The notes: a model not told the origin generated them from the letters alone. A stretch of DNA of 32,000 nt from Mycolicibacterium smegmatis (GCF_001457595.1 NZ_LN831039.1:690001-722000); one strand, 5' to 3'; counted from the stretch's first letter, positions 8,419 through 17,298 are shown. Program-made: numbers and translations.

Positions 8419-9309
8419 TTACCAGCCGCGTTCGGCGAGCCGGTGCGGCTGGGCGATCTCCTCGACGTTGATGCCGACCATGGCCTCGCCGAGCCCGCGC
8501 GACACTTTGGCCAGCACGTCGGGGTCGTCGTAGAAGGTGGTGGCCTTGACGATCGCGGCCGCCCGCTGCGCCGGGTTGCCGGACTTGAAGATGCCCGACC
8601 CGACGAACACGCCCTCGGCGCCGAGCTGCATCATCATCGCCGCATCGGCCGGGGTCGCGATGCCACCGGCGGTGAACAGCGTCACCGGCAGCTTGCCGGC
8701 CCGGGCCACCTCGACCACCAGCTCATAGGGCGCCTGCAGCTCCTTGGCCGCCACATACAGCTCGTCCTCGCTCATCGAGGTGAGCCGGCGGATCTCCCCA
8801 CCGATCTGGCGCATATGCGTGGTCGCGTTCGAGACGTCGCCGGTGCCGGCCTCACCCTTGGAGCGGATCATCGCCGCGCCCTCGGTGATGCGCCGCAACG
8901 CCTCGCCCAGGTTGGTCGCCCCGCACACGAACGGCACGGTGAAGCGCCACTTGTCGATGTGGTTGGTGTAATCGGCTGGGGTCAGCACCTCGGACTCGTC
9001 GACGTAATCGACCCCGAGGCTCTGCAGGATCTGGGCCTCCACGAAATGCCCGATCCGCGCCTTGGCCATCACCGGGATGGTGACCGCGTCGATGATGCCC
9101 TCGACCATGTCCGGATCCGACATGCGCGACACCCCGCCCTGCGCGCGGATGTCGGCGGGGACGCGCTCCAGCGCCATCACCGCGACCGCACCGGCACCCT
9201 CGGCGATACGCGCCTGCTCCGGCGTGACCACATCCATGATCACGCCGCCCTTGAGCATCTCAGCCATCCCACGCTTCACGCGCGCAGTACCAACTGTGTT
9301 GTCTGCCAT
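8419..9309 (-). CDS. pdxS: Pyridoxal 5'-phosphate synthase, lyase subunit PdxS
   Basis: [18 protein letters not shown]..., [46 protein letters not shown] and [13 protein letters not shown] are canonical PdxS/SNZ strings. I prefer ATG 9309 ([22 protein letters not shown] upstream) over the track start 9381. Confidence 0.93.
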   Translation of the reverse strand: MADNTVGTARVKRGMAEMLKGGVIMDVVTPEQARIAEGAGAVAVMALERVPADIRAQGGVSRMSDPDMVEGIIDAVTIPVMAKARIGHFVEAQILQSLGVDYVDESEVLTPADYTNHIDKWRFTVPFVCGATNLGEALRRITEGAAMIRSKGEAGTGDVSNATTHMRQIGGEIRRLTSMSEDELYVAAKELQAPYELVVEVARAGKLPVTLFTAGGIATPADAAMMMQLGAEGVFVGSGIFKSGNPAQRAAAIVKATTFYDDPDVLAKVSRGLGEAMVGINVEEIAQPHRLAERGW

Positions 9310-9698
9310 AGCGCACTCCTTCACACCGTTGCCGGTCGAGCGGGTGCGGCGGTTGTCCAGTATCGGGGCGCCCACGACCACCCGCCGGGTCCACGTAGGG
9401 CTTCCTTCGCAGATCGCGCATCTGGGAATCGACCGTGCCGAACAAGAGTGCTACGTCTGGGCACTCGAGCCCCATCGGCGAAGTGTCACGGACGTCCGCA
9501 CCGTCGCCGACACAACGTCAAGTGCCCGAGCTTCCGGACGCTCTTCAGTGGCGCCGACTTGACGAAGTAACGCGATAAACGCCGCAACGTGTGACACCAC
9601 GTATGTGCCGGCGAGCGGTGATCGCTCGGCAGGATTGACCATGTCCGACGAGCCGAAGCCGGACGACACGTGAGAGCTGTATGACGAAGGGCGGTTAG

Positions 9699-11339
9699 AT
9701 GAGCCACGCAACGAACCCGATCAAGGACCCCTCCTGGGGCTCCTCGGCCGAGGACGTACGAGTCGTCGACGCCGTCGTCGTCGGCGCCGGCATGGGCGGG
9801 ATGTACGCAGTCAAGCGACTCGTCGGCGAGGGCCGCACGGTCATCGCCTTCGAGGGCGCGCCAGACGTCGGCGGTGTATGGCTCCACAATCGGTATCCGG
9901 GTGCGCGCGTCGACATCGAGGCCTACTACTACTGCTACTTCGACCCGGAGCTGTACGGCACCTGGCGCTGGACGGAGCGCTACCCCGCACAGCCGGAAAT
10001 CCTTGCGTACCTTCGGCATTACGCCGACCACCACGACATACGTCGGCACTTCCGGTTCTCGACCTGGGTCGAGCAGATGCTCTGGGACCCGGAGGAGGAG
10101 CTCTGGCGGATCCGCACCAGCACCGGCCAGTCTGTTGCCGCCCGTCACGTCTTGATGGCGACAGGTCAGCTGTCGAAGTCGCGGGAGCTGCCGTTCCCCG
10201 GTAGCGAGGACTTCACCGGCGAGTGGGTGGAGACGTCGCACTGGCCGGACCGGCCGGTGGAGATCGCGGGCAAGCGAGTCGCCGTCATCGGCACCGGCTC
10301 TTCCGGTGTCCAGGTCATCACCGAGGTGGCGAAGGAGGCAGCCAGCCTCCATGTCTTCCAACGCACGCCAAACTACGTCGTGCCGTCGCAGAACGCGCCG
10401 ATCGACCATGAGAAGTACGCCGACATCGCGGCCCGGCTCCCCGAAGTCTGGCAGCAGGTCCAGGGCAGCAGCACCGCCTACCTGGCACCCACCAGCGACA
10501 CTCCCGCCACCGAGCTCTCGCCCGAGGAACAGCTCAAACGCCTCGAGTCGCAGTGGGAGTTCGGCGGCCTCGCCATGACGTTCGCCTTCCCGGACCAGCG
10601 CACCGACTGGACGGTGAACGACATCGTCTCCAATTACGTCCGCGAGAAGATCCGCTCGTCGATCAGCGACCCCGAGCTCGCCGCAGTCCTCGAGCCCAAG
10701 GACTACCCCATCGGGACGCGCAGGCTCTGCGTCTGCAACGGCTACTACGAGACCTACAACCGGCCGAACGTCGAGCTGGTGAACCTGCGCGAGGAACCCA
10801 TCGAGCGGATCACGCCGACGGGGATCCGCACGTCCAGCGGCGAGTACGAGTTCGACCTGATCATCTCCGCGCTCGGATTCGACGCCTTCACGGGGCCGAT
10901 CGACGCGATCGACATCCGAAACGAGCACGGCGCCCGCCCGACGGAGTCCTGGCAGCGCGGCCCGCACTCGTACCTCGGCCTGATGCTGCACGGGTTCCCG
11001 AACCTGTACCTGCTCACCGGTCCGGGAAGTCCGTCGGTGCTGGTGAACTTCAACGTGCACAACGTGTACCACGTCGACGTCGTGACGGACCTGATCGGCT
11101 ACATGGAGCGGAACGGCTTGACGTCCGTGCAGCCGACGCTGGCTGCGCAGGAGGACTGGAAGCAGCGCAGCCAGGCGGTGGCAGACGGCCTGATCCGCAA
11201 GCAGGTCGAGAACTACATGACCCACGTGAACGAGGACGGAACGCGTTTCTTCATCCCCTACGCCGGCGGCTGGGGCAACTACGTCCAGATCGTCGACGAC
11301 GTGGTCGCGCGCGGGTACGAGGGGTTCGAGTTCCGATAG
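9699..11339 (+). CDS. Type I Baeyer-Villiger (flavin-dependent) monooxygenase; native 3' end displaced by an IS insertion
   Basis: 546 aa. FAD motif VVVGAGMGGM, BVMO fingerprint FTGEWVETSHWPD (FxGxxxHxxxW[P/D]), second Rossmann motif VAVIGTGSSGVQ. The last sense codon (CGA, 11334-11336) spans the target/IS junction and the TAG stop (11337-11339) lies inside the IS. Confidence 0.88.
   Translation: MSHATNPIKDPSWGSSAEDVRVVDAVVVGAGMGGMYAVKRLVGEGRTVIAFEGAPDVGGVWLHNRYPGARVDIEAYYYCYFDPELYGTWRWTERYPAQPEILAYLRHYADHHDIRRHFRFSTWVEQMLWDPEEELWRIRTSTGQSVAARHVLMATGQLSKSRELPFPGSEDFTGEWVETSHWPDRPVEIAGKRVAVIGTGSSGVQVITEVAKEAASLHVFQRTPNYVVPSQNAPIDHEKYADIAARLPEVWQQVQGSSTAYLAPTSDTPATELSPEEQLKRLESQWEFGGLAMTFAFPDQRTDWTVNDIVSNYVREKIRSSISDPELAAVLEPKDYPIGTRRLCVCNGYYETYNRPNVELVNLREEPIERITPTGIRTSSGEYEFDLIISALGFDAFTGPIDAIDIRNEHGARPTESWQRGPHSYLGLMLHGFPNLYLLTGPGSPSVLVNFNVHNVYHVDVVTDLIGYMERNGLTSVQPTLAAQEDWKQRSQAVADGLIRKQVENYMTHVNEDGTRFFIPYAGGWGNYVQIVDDVVARGYEGFEFR
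11327..11334. repeat. Target-site duplication, left copy (CGAGTTCC)
   Basis: Exact 8-mer directly abutting the IS end. The second copy is at 12800-12807. Confidence 0.75.
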
Positions 11340-11370
11340 TGCCCCTTGGGGTGGTGGACTTCGGATCGGC
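11335..11370. repeat. IS left terminal inverted repeat (imperfect)
   Basis: GATAGTGCCCCTTGGGGTGGTGGACTTCGGATCGGC compared with the reverse complement of the right end, GGGTAAGTCCCCTGGGGTGGTGGGGTTTCGGGTCTGCGG. The shared core is CCCCT(T)GGGGTGGTGG, followed by TTCGG.TC. Confidence 0.7.
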
Positions 11371-11409
11371 GTGGGTGCACGCGTGGTGATCAACGAGTCG
11401 TGGTGAATG

Positions 11410-12649
11410 TTAGGCGATTTGACGTTGTTCGGCGATGGGTTCGGCGGCGGCCTGTTTGTCGGCGATGACTTTGCGCAGTTCGGCCATGGAGACCTCGGAC
11501 AGATAGCGGCGGGTGACCTGCCATTCGTCGTGGGCTTCGATGACCACGGCGGTGGCCAACCGTAGGAACGCGGCCGGGTTGGGGAAGATCTCGACGACAT
11601 CGGCGCGACGTTTGATCTCCTTGTTGAGCCGCTCGATGGGGTTGTTCGACCAGATCTTCTGCCAGTGAGTGCGCGGGAACGCGGTGAACGCCAGCACGTC
11701 GGCTTTCGCCTCGTCCATCATCGCGGCCACTTTCGGGAAGCTCGCAGCTAGCGTATCGGCGACCTGATCCCATTGCGCGGCGACGTCGGCGGGATCGGTG
11801 TGGGCGAAGATCGTTTTGACCGCCGCGGTCACCGCCGGTGCGTGTTTGGCGGCCACCGCGCCGTGCAGGTTGCGCATGAAATGCACCCGGCATCGCTGCC
11901 AGGACGAGCCGGTGAACTGCTGGGCGACGGCGGCTTTCAAGCCCGCGTGGGCATCGGAGATCACCAGATGCACCCCGCTCAGGCCGCGGGCTTTGAGCGA
12001 GGCCAGGAACTCGCGCCAGAACTCAAAGGACTCGCTATCGCCGACGGCGGTGCCCAACACCTCGCGGGTGCCGTCGATGGAGACGCCGGTGGCCACCACC
12101 AGGGCCTGGGACACCACGTGCGCTCCGATGCGGACCTTGCAGAACGTGGCGTCGCAGAACACGTACGGAAACGAGGTGTGGTTCAGGCTGCGGGTGCGAA
12201 ACGCGTCGATCTCCTTATCGAGGCCGGCGCAGATGCGCGAGACTTCGGATTTCGAGACACCGGAACCCACACCGAGTGCCGCCACGAGGTCATCGACGCT
12301 GCGGGTCGACACACCGTTGAACGTAGGCCTCCATGATCACCGCGTGCAGCGCCCTATCGATGCGGCGACGCCGTTCCAGCAGCGAGGGAAAGAACGACCC
12401 GGCCCGCAGTTTGGGGATCTGGACCTCGACATCGCCGGCAGTGGTCGACACCGTCTTGGGCCGGTGCCCATTGCGGTGGGTGGCGCGCCCGTCAGTGCGT
12501 TGGTAGCGGCCCGCGCCGATCACCTCGGTGGCTTCAGCCTCGATCAGCGCCTGCAGACCGGCGCGGATCAACTCGGCGAACACCGCCCCGGCATCAGCAG
12601 ACTTGAGCGCATCGAGCTGGGCAAGCAGGGCAGAATGATCCTGGGTCAT
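11410..12649 (-). pseudogene. IS256-family (mutator-type) transposase split into two frames (ORFs 12649..12290 and 12312..11410)
   Basis: The upstream ORF ends ...RALHAVIMEAYVQRCVDPQRR*. The downstream frame reads (G)VSTRSVDDLVAALGVGSGVSKSEVSRICAGLD...SDAHAGLKAAV...WQRCRVHFMRN...NNPIERLNKEIKRRADVV. Single-ORF family members read ...EAYV.GVSTRSVDDLV..., so TACGTTCAACGGTGTG near 12306-12321 carries one extra nucleotide relative to that pattern. Confidence 0.8.
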
Positions 12650-12760
12650 CGCGTGGTATGTCTTCCTGTTGAGTCACTTGGTAGGTAACTCACTGACCAC
12701 TACGCGATGGCCCACCCCAAAGCCCTCAACGACACACCGGACACAGCCCAGCCCGGCCAG

Positions 12761-12799
12761 CCGCAGACCCGAAACCCCACCACCCCAGGGGACTTACCC
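12761..12799. repeat. IS right terminal inverted repeat (imperfect)
   Basis: Reverse complement aligns with 11335-11370 (core at 12777-12791). Confidence 0.7.
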
Positions 12800-12807
12800 C
12801 GAGTTCC
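12800..12807. repeat. Target-site duplication, right copy (CGAGTTCC)
   Basis: Exact 8-mer directly abutting the IS end. The first copy is at 11327-11334. Confidence 0.75.
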
Positions 12808-12872
12808 ACGCCGCGCGGGATGCCGACGACTCTGCGTCGGTACACGGGACCGTCGACGTGGCTACGGTCTGA
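12808..12872 (+). other. Displaced original 3' end of the BVMO gene (21 codons plus TGA)
   Basis: After removing the IS and one repeat copy, the BVMO frame continues ...GYEGFEF-HAARDADDSASVHGTVDVATV* to TGA 12870-12872. The same peptide is the tail of track ORF 12669..12872. Confidence 0.65.
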
Positions 12873-13407
12873 CCCAGCGCGATCCGCTGGTCTGGCGAGA
12901 CGTCTTCAGTGCTGCCACTGGAACTGCTGACGAACGGCGCAGTGGTCGCGACTGGACCCAACTGCGGCTACGAGCGACTTGCTGGCGAGGCGGCCATGTC
13001 GAGGGCATCGAGGAACTCCCCCGGTACGGGCTCCCAGGTGCGGGGCCATCGGCCCGCGTTGTGACGGGCGTGCAGCGAGTCGATGAGTTTGGCAACACAG
13101 TGTCCTCAGAGAGCTGCGTCGGGATGCATACGCTCCGAGAACGGCCGTCATCGCGGCCATGCGCGCCGGACTGCGCAAGCGGCACTGAAGCGTGCGGCGT
13201 CGGCCGGCAGCGTTGACGCCTCCTTCGAGAGTGCGGCCCATCGTCACCGACCGTCGTTGACCCGACAGCATGATCATGTTCTGCTCGTCGGAGCTGACAA
13301 CCTGTCACTAGGTGCTGGACGACTCACCATCGAGGATGACCTGATACCGTCGCCGGCGCACGTGCTCGGCTCGCCGAGCAGATCCTCGAGAAGGGTTGTC
13401 ATTTCCC

Positions 13408-14847
13408 ATGTCTGACGAACTTGTATCCTGCGACACGTCCAAGCCCGTTGGGGCGCAACGCCTCAGCGGCTCAATGGGGGTATGGGGAATCGTCTTCATT
13501 GTCGCCGCCTTCGCGGGCCCTCTTGGCGCCATGGGCGGTACAGTGCCGATTGGCATCAACGCCGGTAACGGAATCGGACTCCCCGCGACCTTCATCGTGA
13601 GCACCTGCATCCTGCTGCTGTTCTCGGTCGCTTTCACGGCGCTGACACCGTATGTGCCGAATGCGGGTGCCTTCTATTCCTATATCGGCACCGGGCTGGG
13701 GCGCCGGACTGGGTTCGGGACTGCCTTCCTGGCGTTGCTGGCCTACCTCGCTGTCCTGGTCGGCGTATACGGCCTTCTAGGTTCAGGTATCACCGCGCTG
13801 CTCGCGTCGTGGGGTGTCAGCGCTCCGTGGTGGGTGGGCTCTTACGTATGCATGGTCGCGACCGCGTCCCTGGGATACCGCAACATCGACTTGTCCAAGA
13901 AGGTGCTCGGCGTCTTGCTGGTCGCCGAGGTGGGAATCGTCCTGGCGCTCGATGCGGCTGTCTTCGCCAACGGTGGTGGCCCGGAGGGTATGTCGCGCGG
14001 CTTCACCGCACCCGAGGCTTTGCTATCAGGAGCACCCGGGCTGGCACTGTTGTTCTGCTTCCTGAGCTTCTTGGGGTTCGAGGCCACGGCGGTCTTTCGT
14101 GACGAGTGCCGCGACCCTAACCGCACGATCCCGATAGCGACCTATCTCGCGGTGACCCTGGTCGGGGTGTTCTACGTGGTATCCACGTGGGCGCTGATCT
14201 CTGCCTGGGGCGACCAGGAGGCGGTCAGAATCGCCGCCGCGGATCCGGTTGCAATGCTTCCCGGTGCCGTGGCGCACTACCTGGGCGGCACCGCAGAACA
14301 CGTCGTCCAGGTGCTGTTCGTGACAAGTCTTTTCGCATGTCTGCTGTCCATCCAGAACGTGTCCTCCCGTTACGTGTTCAACATCTCGAATCGGGGGGCA
14401 TTGCCGGCAGTACTGGGCACGCGCCACGAACGGCACGGGTCACCCTCCACCGCTTCCCACGTCGTGACCGTGATCGCAGCCGTCTTCGTCCTCGTGGCGA
14501 TCGTGACCCGCCTGGATCCCGCGACCGAGCTCTACGGCTGGTTCGCGGGCGCCACAACTGTCGGGTTCATCGTGATGCTCCTCGGCACCACCCTGTCGGC
14601 GCTGGTCTTCTTCGGTCGACGATGGCGCTCGGGCGCTCTCGATGAATCGTTTGGCCGAGTCATTGTTGTCCCCTTGGTGGCCCTGGTCTGTCTGGTCGCA
14701 GTGTTTGTGCTGGTCCTCCAAAACCTGCGCGATCTCGTCGGGGGATCGCGGCCGGTGGCATGGGCCGTGCTCGGGTCACTGGCGCTGGCCTTCGCCTGGG
14801 GGTTCACCGTGGCGACCCGGCGCCCCGAACTATCCCTCGACGACTGA
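13408..14847 (+). CDS. APC-superfamily amino acid/amine permease
   Basis: About 12 predicted hydrophobic spans. GVWGIVFIVAAFAGPLGAMGG, NAGAFYSYIGTGLGR and FLGFEATAVFRDECRDPNRTIP (the FxGFE signature region of APC permeases). I prefer ATG 13408 (GAAGGG 13 nt upstream) over TTG 13396. Confidence 0.85.
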   Translation: MSDELVSCDTSKPVGAQRLSGSMGVWGIVFIVAAFAGPLGAMGGTVPIGINAGNGIGLPATFIVSTCILLLFSVAFTALTPYVPNAGAFYSYIGTGLGRRTGFGTAFLALLAYLAVLVGVYGLLGSGITALLASWGVSAPWWVGSYVCMVATASLGYRNIDLSKKVLGVLLVAEVGIVLALDAAVFANGGGPEGMSRGFTAPEALLSGAPGLALLFCFLSFLGFEATAVFRDECRDPNRTIPIATYLAVTLVGVFYVVSTWALISAWGDQEAVRIAAADPVAMLPGAVAHYLGGTAEHVVQVLFVTSLFACLLSIQNVSSRYVFNISNRGALPAVLGTRHERHGSPSTASHVVTVIAAVFVLVAIVTRLDPATELYGWFAGATTVGFIVMLLGTTLSALVFFGRRWRSGALDESFGRVIVVPLVALVCLVAVFVLVLQNLRDLVGGSRPVAWAVLGSLALAFAWGFTVATRRPELSLDD

Positions 14848-14933
14848 AGTTCGGAGAGGGGCCGCACACGACGGCTGTTGACGAACCGTCATGGCGTCCT
14901 CGCGCACGGTTGACACGAGGCGGATTGTCTGGC

Positions 14934-14949
14934 GCCCGCGATCGCGGGC
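14934..14949. promoter_or_regulatory. Perfect 16-bp palindrome GCCCGCGATCGCGGGC (candidate operator or small hairpin)
   Basis: Self-complementary over all 16 nt. It lies between the permease stop (14847) and the DMFase-like copy 2 start (15058). Confidence 0.3.
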
Positions 14950-14994
14950 AGATTGGAAGTTCGTCAATGGGAACACGATGACAGCCGTGACGTC

Positions 14995-15022
14995 GGCACC
15001 GGCACCCGCCCGTGCCGGTGCC
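14995..15022 (+). other. Stem-loop, 11-bp perfect stem (GGCACCGGCAC / GTGCCGGTGCC) with a 6-nt loop
   Basis: Read directly from the sequence. It lies 36 nt upstream of ATG 15058 and 148 nt downstream of the permease stop. No U-tract. It could be an I-shaped terminator or a leader structure. Confidence 0.4.
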
Positions 15023-15057
15023 CCGGTTATCGGTCAGCAAGACAGCGGAGGAGCAGG

Positions 15058-17253
15058 ATGAAGGTTGTCGGTTACGCAGACAAGTTGAGTGTCGAGCCTG
15101 GAGCGTCAATCACCTTCATGGTGAGTTCTGAGCCCGGCCGCTTCTCGGCTCGACTGGTCCGCCTCATCCATGGCGACACCAACCCGGCGGGACCGGGCTA
15201 CAAGGATGTGGCGGTTCCCAGCAGCTTGGACGGGGAGTACGACGGAGGCCTGCAGAAGCTGCGGACCGGTTCCTACATCCGGACCTCTGGCTCCACAGAG
15301 TTCGACGCGGCGGGGGACCTGACACTTCAGATGTGGATCTGTCCGACGCTCCCCAGCAAGGCTGTCCAAACGATCATCGCAAAGGGCAACGCCGACGACG
15401 ACGGGTTCGCGCTGCGACTCGAAGATGGTCGACTGACACTTCGCATGGGGACGACAGCTATCTCGGTCGATCAAACCGTCCGTGCTCACCAATGGTACTT
15501 CGTGTCAGCGGTTTACGAGTCCGCGTCAGGAACCGCACGTCTTGCGCTTGAGCCGAGCTCGGGCGTTACGGTAGGGCTTGCCGGGCACGTAACCGCGGCC
15601 ATGCCTGCCGGCCACGCATGGGGCACAGGAGCCTTGCTGATCGCAGGTGAGGCCACAGCCGATGGAGAAGTCGGCAACTTCTACAACGGCAAGATCGACG
15701 CCCCGAAAGTGTTCACGCGCGCGCTCAACGACGACGAGCTGGCAGCACTTCGCGATGACGACGCATCTGCGCCCACCGATGCGGCTGCGGCGTGGGATTT
15801 CTCTCAGGACATCAGCACGTGGTCGGTGGTCGATACCTCGGGCAACGGACACCACGGGGAGGTTGTCAACAAGCCGACGCGTGGGGTAACCGGCCGTAAC
15901 TGGTCTGGCCGAGAGCTCGCCTGGAAGCACGCGCCCGGGGAGTACGGCGCCATCCACTTCCACGACGACGACCTTTCCGACGCCGGCTGGAGGCCGTCAT
16001 TCGAGTGGACCGTTCCGTCCGATCTGCGTAGCGGCGTGTACGCCGTGCACCTCACGGCGGGCGACCACGAAGACTATGTTCCGTTTTTCGTCGTTCCGCC
16101 TCTCGGGCGCCCGACCGCGAAAATCGCGATTCTGCTTCCCGTCTTCAGCTATCTCGCGTACGGAAACGAGCAGATGCTCGGCCCGACGGGGGCGTATTCC
16201 GGTGCGCTGCCGAACTATCCGTGGCAGGAGCAGGACAAGTACGTGGTCGAGACGGGCATGCGGAGCCTGTATGACCGACACACCGACGGTAGCGGAGTGT
16301 GCTACTCCTCCTGGCTTCGGCCGGTCGTGAACATGCGGCCCAAGTACGACATGCCATTCCTTGATCTGGGCAAAGGCTCGCCGCACCAGTTCAACGCCGA
16401 CCTGCACCTCATCGACTGGCTGGAGGAGCGGGGTATCGAATACGACATCATCACAGACCTCGAGCTTCACCACGAGGGAGTGGAGCGTCTCAGAGATTAT
16501 CGCGTGGTTTCGACGGCAAGCCATAATGAGTACTGGTCAGAAGCGATGCTCGATGCGGCTGAGGCCTACGTCAATGGAGGCGGCCGGTTCATCTATCTCT
16601 CTGGTAATGGGCTGTATTGGGTCACTGCGCTTGACGGGACCGGGACCGGAGTGGAGATCCGTCGCTGCGGACCCGCGCAGCGTACTTGGAACGCCGCGCC
16701 AGGCGAATCGTCGCTCAGCAGTACCGGTGAGCCCGGGGGACTTTGGCGTTTTCGCGGTCGCCCTCCCCAGCGATTCCTTGGCGTCGGCTCGATTGCCGAA
16801 GGAGGCAGCGTCGGACGGCCGTACGATCGGCAACCGGCGAGCTTCGACCCGAAAGTGGCGTTCATCTTCGACGGCATCGGCGACGACGAGCAGATCGGTG
16901 CCTTCGACTGCCTGGTAAACAGCTGGGGTGCTGCAGGATTCGAGATCTGCCAGACCAACGCCGCGCTCGGCACACCCGAGCACACGATGGTCCTTGCCAG
17001 CGCCAGGGATTTCGACACCGACGACTGGGCGGTCTTCAGCGAGGAGCTCCAGCTGTCCGCAATCTGGGACGGCGAGATCCGAGCGGACATGGTCTTTCTT
17101 GAATACCCCAACGGCGGAGCAGTTTTCGGTGTCGGATCGATAGCGTGGTGCGCCTGTCTGTCGTACAACTCCTACGACAACAACGTCTCGCGGCTCACCG
17201 AGAATGTCTTCCGGGGATTTGTGGCCGAACAATTGCCGACCTCGGGCAGCTGA
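15058..17253 (+). CDS. N,N-dimethylformamidase large (beta) subunit-like protein, copy 2
   Basis: 731 aa from ATG 15058 (GGAGGA RBS 7 nt upstream). The track start 14953 adds an Arg-rich 35-aa extension with no counterpart in copy 1. Collinear with copy 1: MKVVGYADKLSVEPG, LVRLIHGDTNPAGPG, GNFYNGKIDAPK, YGAIHFHDDDLSDAGW, FSYLAYGNEQ, SPHQFNADLHLIDWL, GNGLYWVT. Confidence 0.85.
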   Translation: MKVVGYADKLSVEPGASITFMVSSEPGRFSARLVRLIHGDTNPAGPGYKDVAVPSSLDGEYDGGLQKLRTGSYIRTSGSTEFDAAGDLTLQMWICPTLPSKAVQTIIAKGNADDDGFALRLEDGRLTLRMGTTAISVDQTVRAHQWYFVSAVYESASGTARLALEPSSGVTVGLAGHVTAAMPAGHAWGTGALLIAGEATADGEVGNFYNGKIDAPKVFTRALNDDELAALRDDDASAPTDAAAAWDFSQDISTWSVVDTSGNGHHGEVVNKPTRGVTGRNWSGRELAWKHAPGEYGAIHFHDDDLSDAGWRPSFEWTVPSDLRSGVYAVHLTAGDHEDYVPFFVVPPLGRPTAKIAILLPVFSYLAYGNEQMLGPTGAYSGALPNYPWQEQDKYVVETGMRSLYDRHTDGSGVCYSSWLRPVVNMRPKYDMPFLDLGKGSPHQFNADLHLIDWLEERGIEYDIITDLELHHEGVERLRDYRVVSTASHNEYWSEAMLDAAEAYVNGGGRFIYLSGNGLYWVTALDGTGTGVEIRRCGPAQRTWNAAPGESSLSSTGEPGGLWRFRGRPPQRFLGVGSIAEGGSVGRPYDRQPASFDPKVAFIFDGIGDDEQIGAFDCLVNSWGAAGFEICQTNAALGTPEHTMVLASARDFDTDDWAVFSEELQLSAIWDGEIRADMVFLEYPNGGAVFGVGSIAWCACLSYNSYDNNVSRLTENVFRGFVAEQLPTSGS

Positions 17254-17280
17254 ACTCGCCCTGCTGCCTCGCGCCGGCGA

Positions 17281-17298
17281 CAGCCGACGCACCGGCTG
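17281..17298 (+). other. Small hairpin CAGCCG-ACGCAC-CGGCTG downstream of DMFase-like copy 2
   Basis: 6-bp perfect stem and 6-nt loop, 28 nt after the stop at 17253, followed by TTG. A weak terminator candidate. Confidence 0.3.

Larger units (their letters stand above)
11335..12799 (-). mobile_element. IS256-family insertion sequence (about 1465 bp)
   Basis: A mutator-type (IS256 family) transposase sits inside imperfect terminal inverted repeats, and the element is flanked by an exact 8-bp direct repeat, CGAGTTCC. Size and 8-bp duplication fit the IS256 family. Confidence 0.85.

Noticed and set aside
8443-9570. 375-aa forward ORF
   Set aside because: Antisense shadow of pdxS, with an implausible His/Arg/Gly/Asp-rich composition.
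9310-9698. 389-bp divergent region between pdxS and the BVMO gene as a possible small gene or riboswitch
   Set aside because: It contains only tiny ORFs (for example a 10-codon ATG ORF at about 9641) and a 7-nt inverted pair (GTGTCAC/GTGACAC) about 100 nt apart. Nothing rises above what is expected by chance, so I treat it as ordinary divergent promoter space.
9486-11600. 704-aa ORF on the reverse strand, the longest after the DMFase-like ORFs
   Set aside because: It is entirely antisense to the well-supported BVMO gene and to the 3' end of the transposase gene in the IS. Its composition is dominated by R/P/G/A/V/D with no recognisable motif. This is a typical shadow ORF in high-GC DNA, where stops are rare on the antisense strand.
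11773-12688. Forward ORFs 11773..12336 and 11798..12688 inside the IS
   Set aside because: Antisense to the transposase frames, which have clear IS256-family motifs.
14953-15057. N-terminal extensions suggested by track starts (14953 for DMFase-like 2, 17145 for SMR-1, 17462 for SMR-2, 19550 for MFS, 19505 for cupin 1, 20186 for reductase, 9381 for pdxS)
   Set aside because: The extensions are Arg/Pro-rich, lack counterparts in paralogues or known family N-termini, and better RBS-supported internal starts exist.
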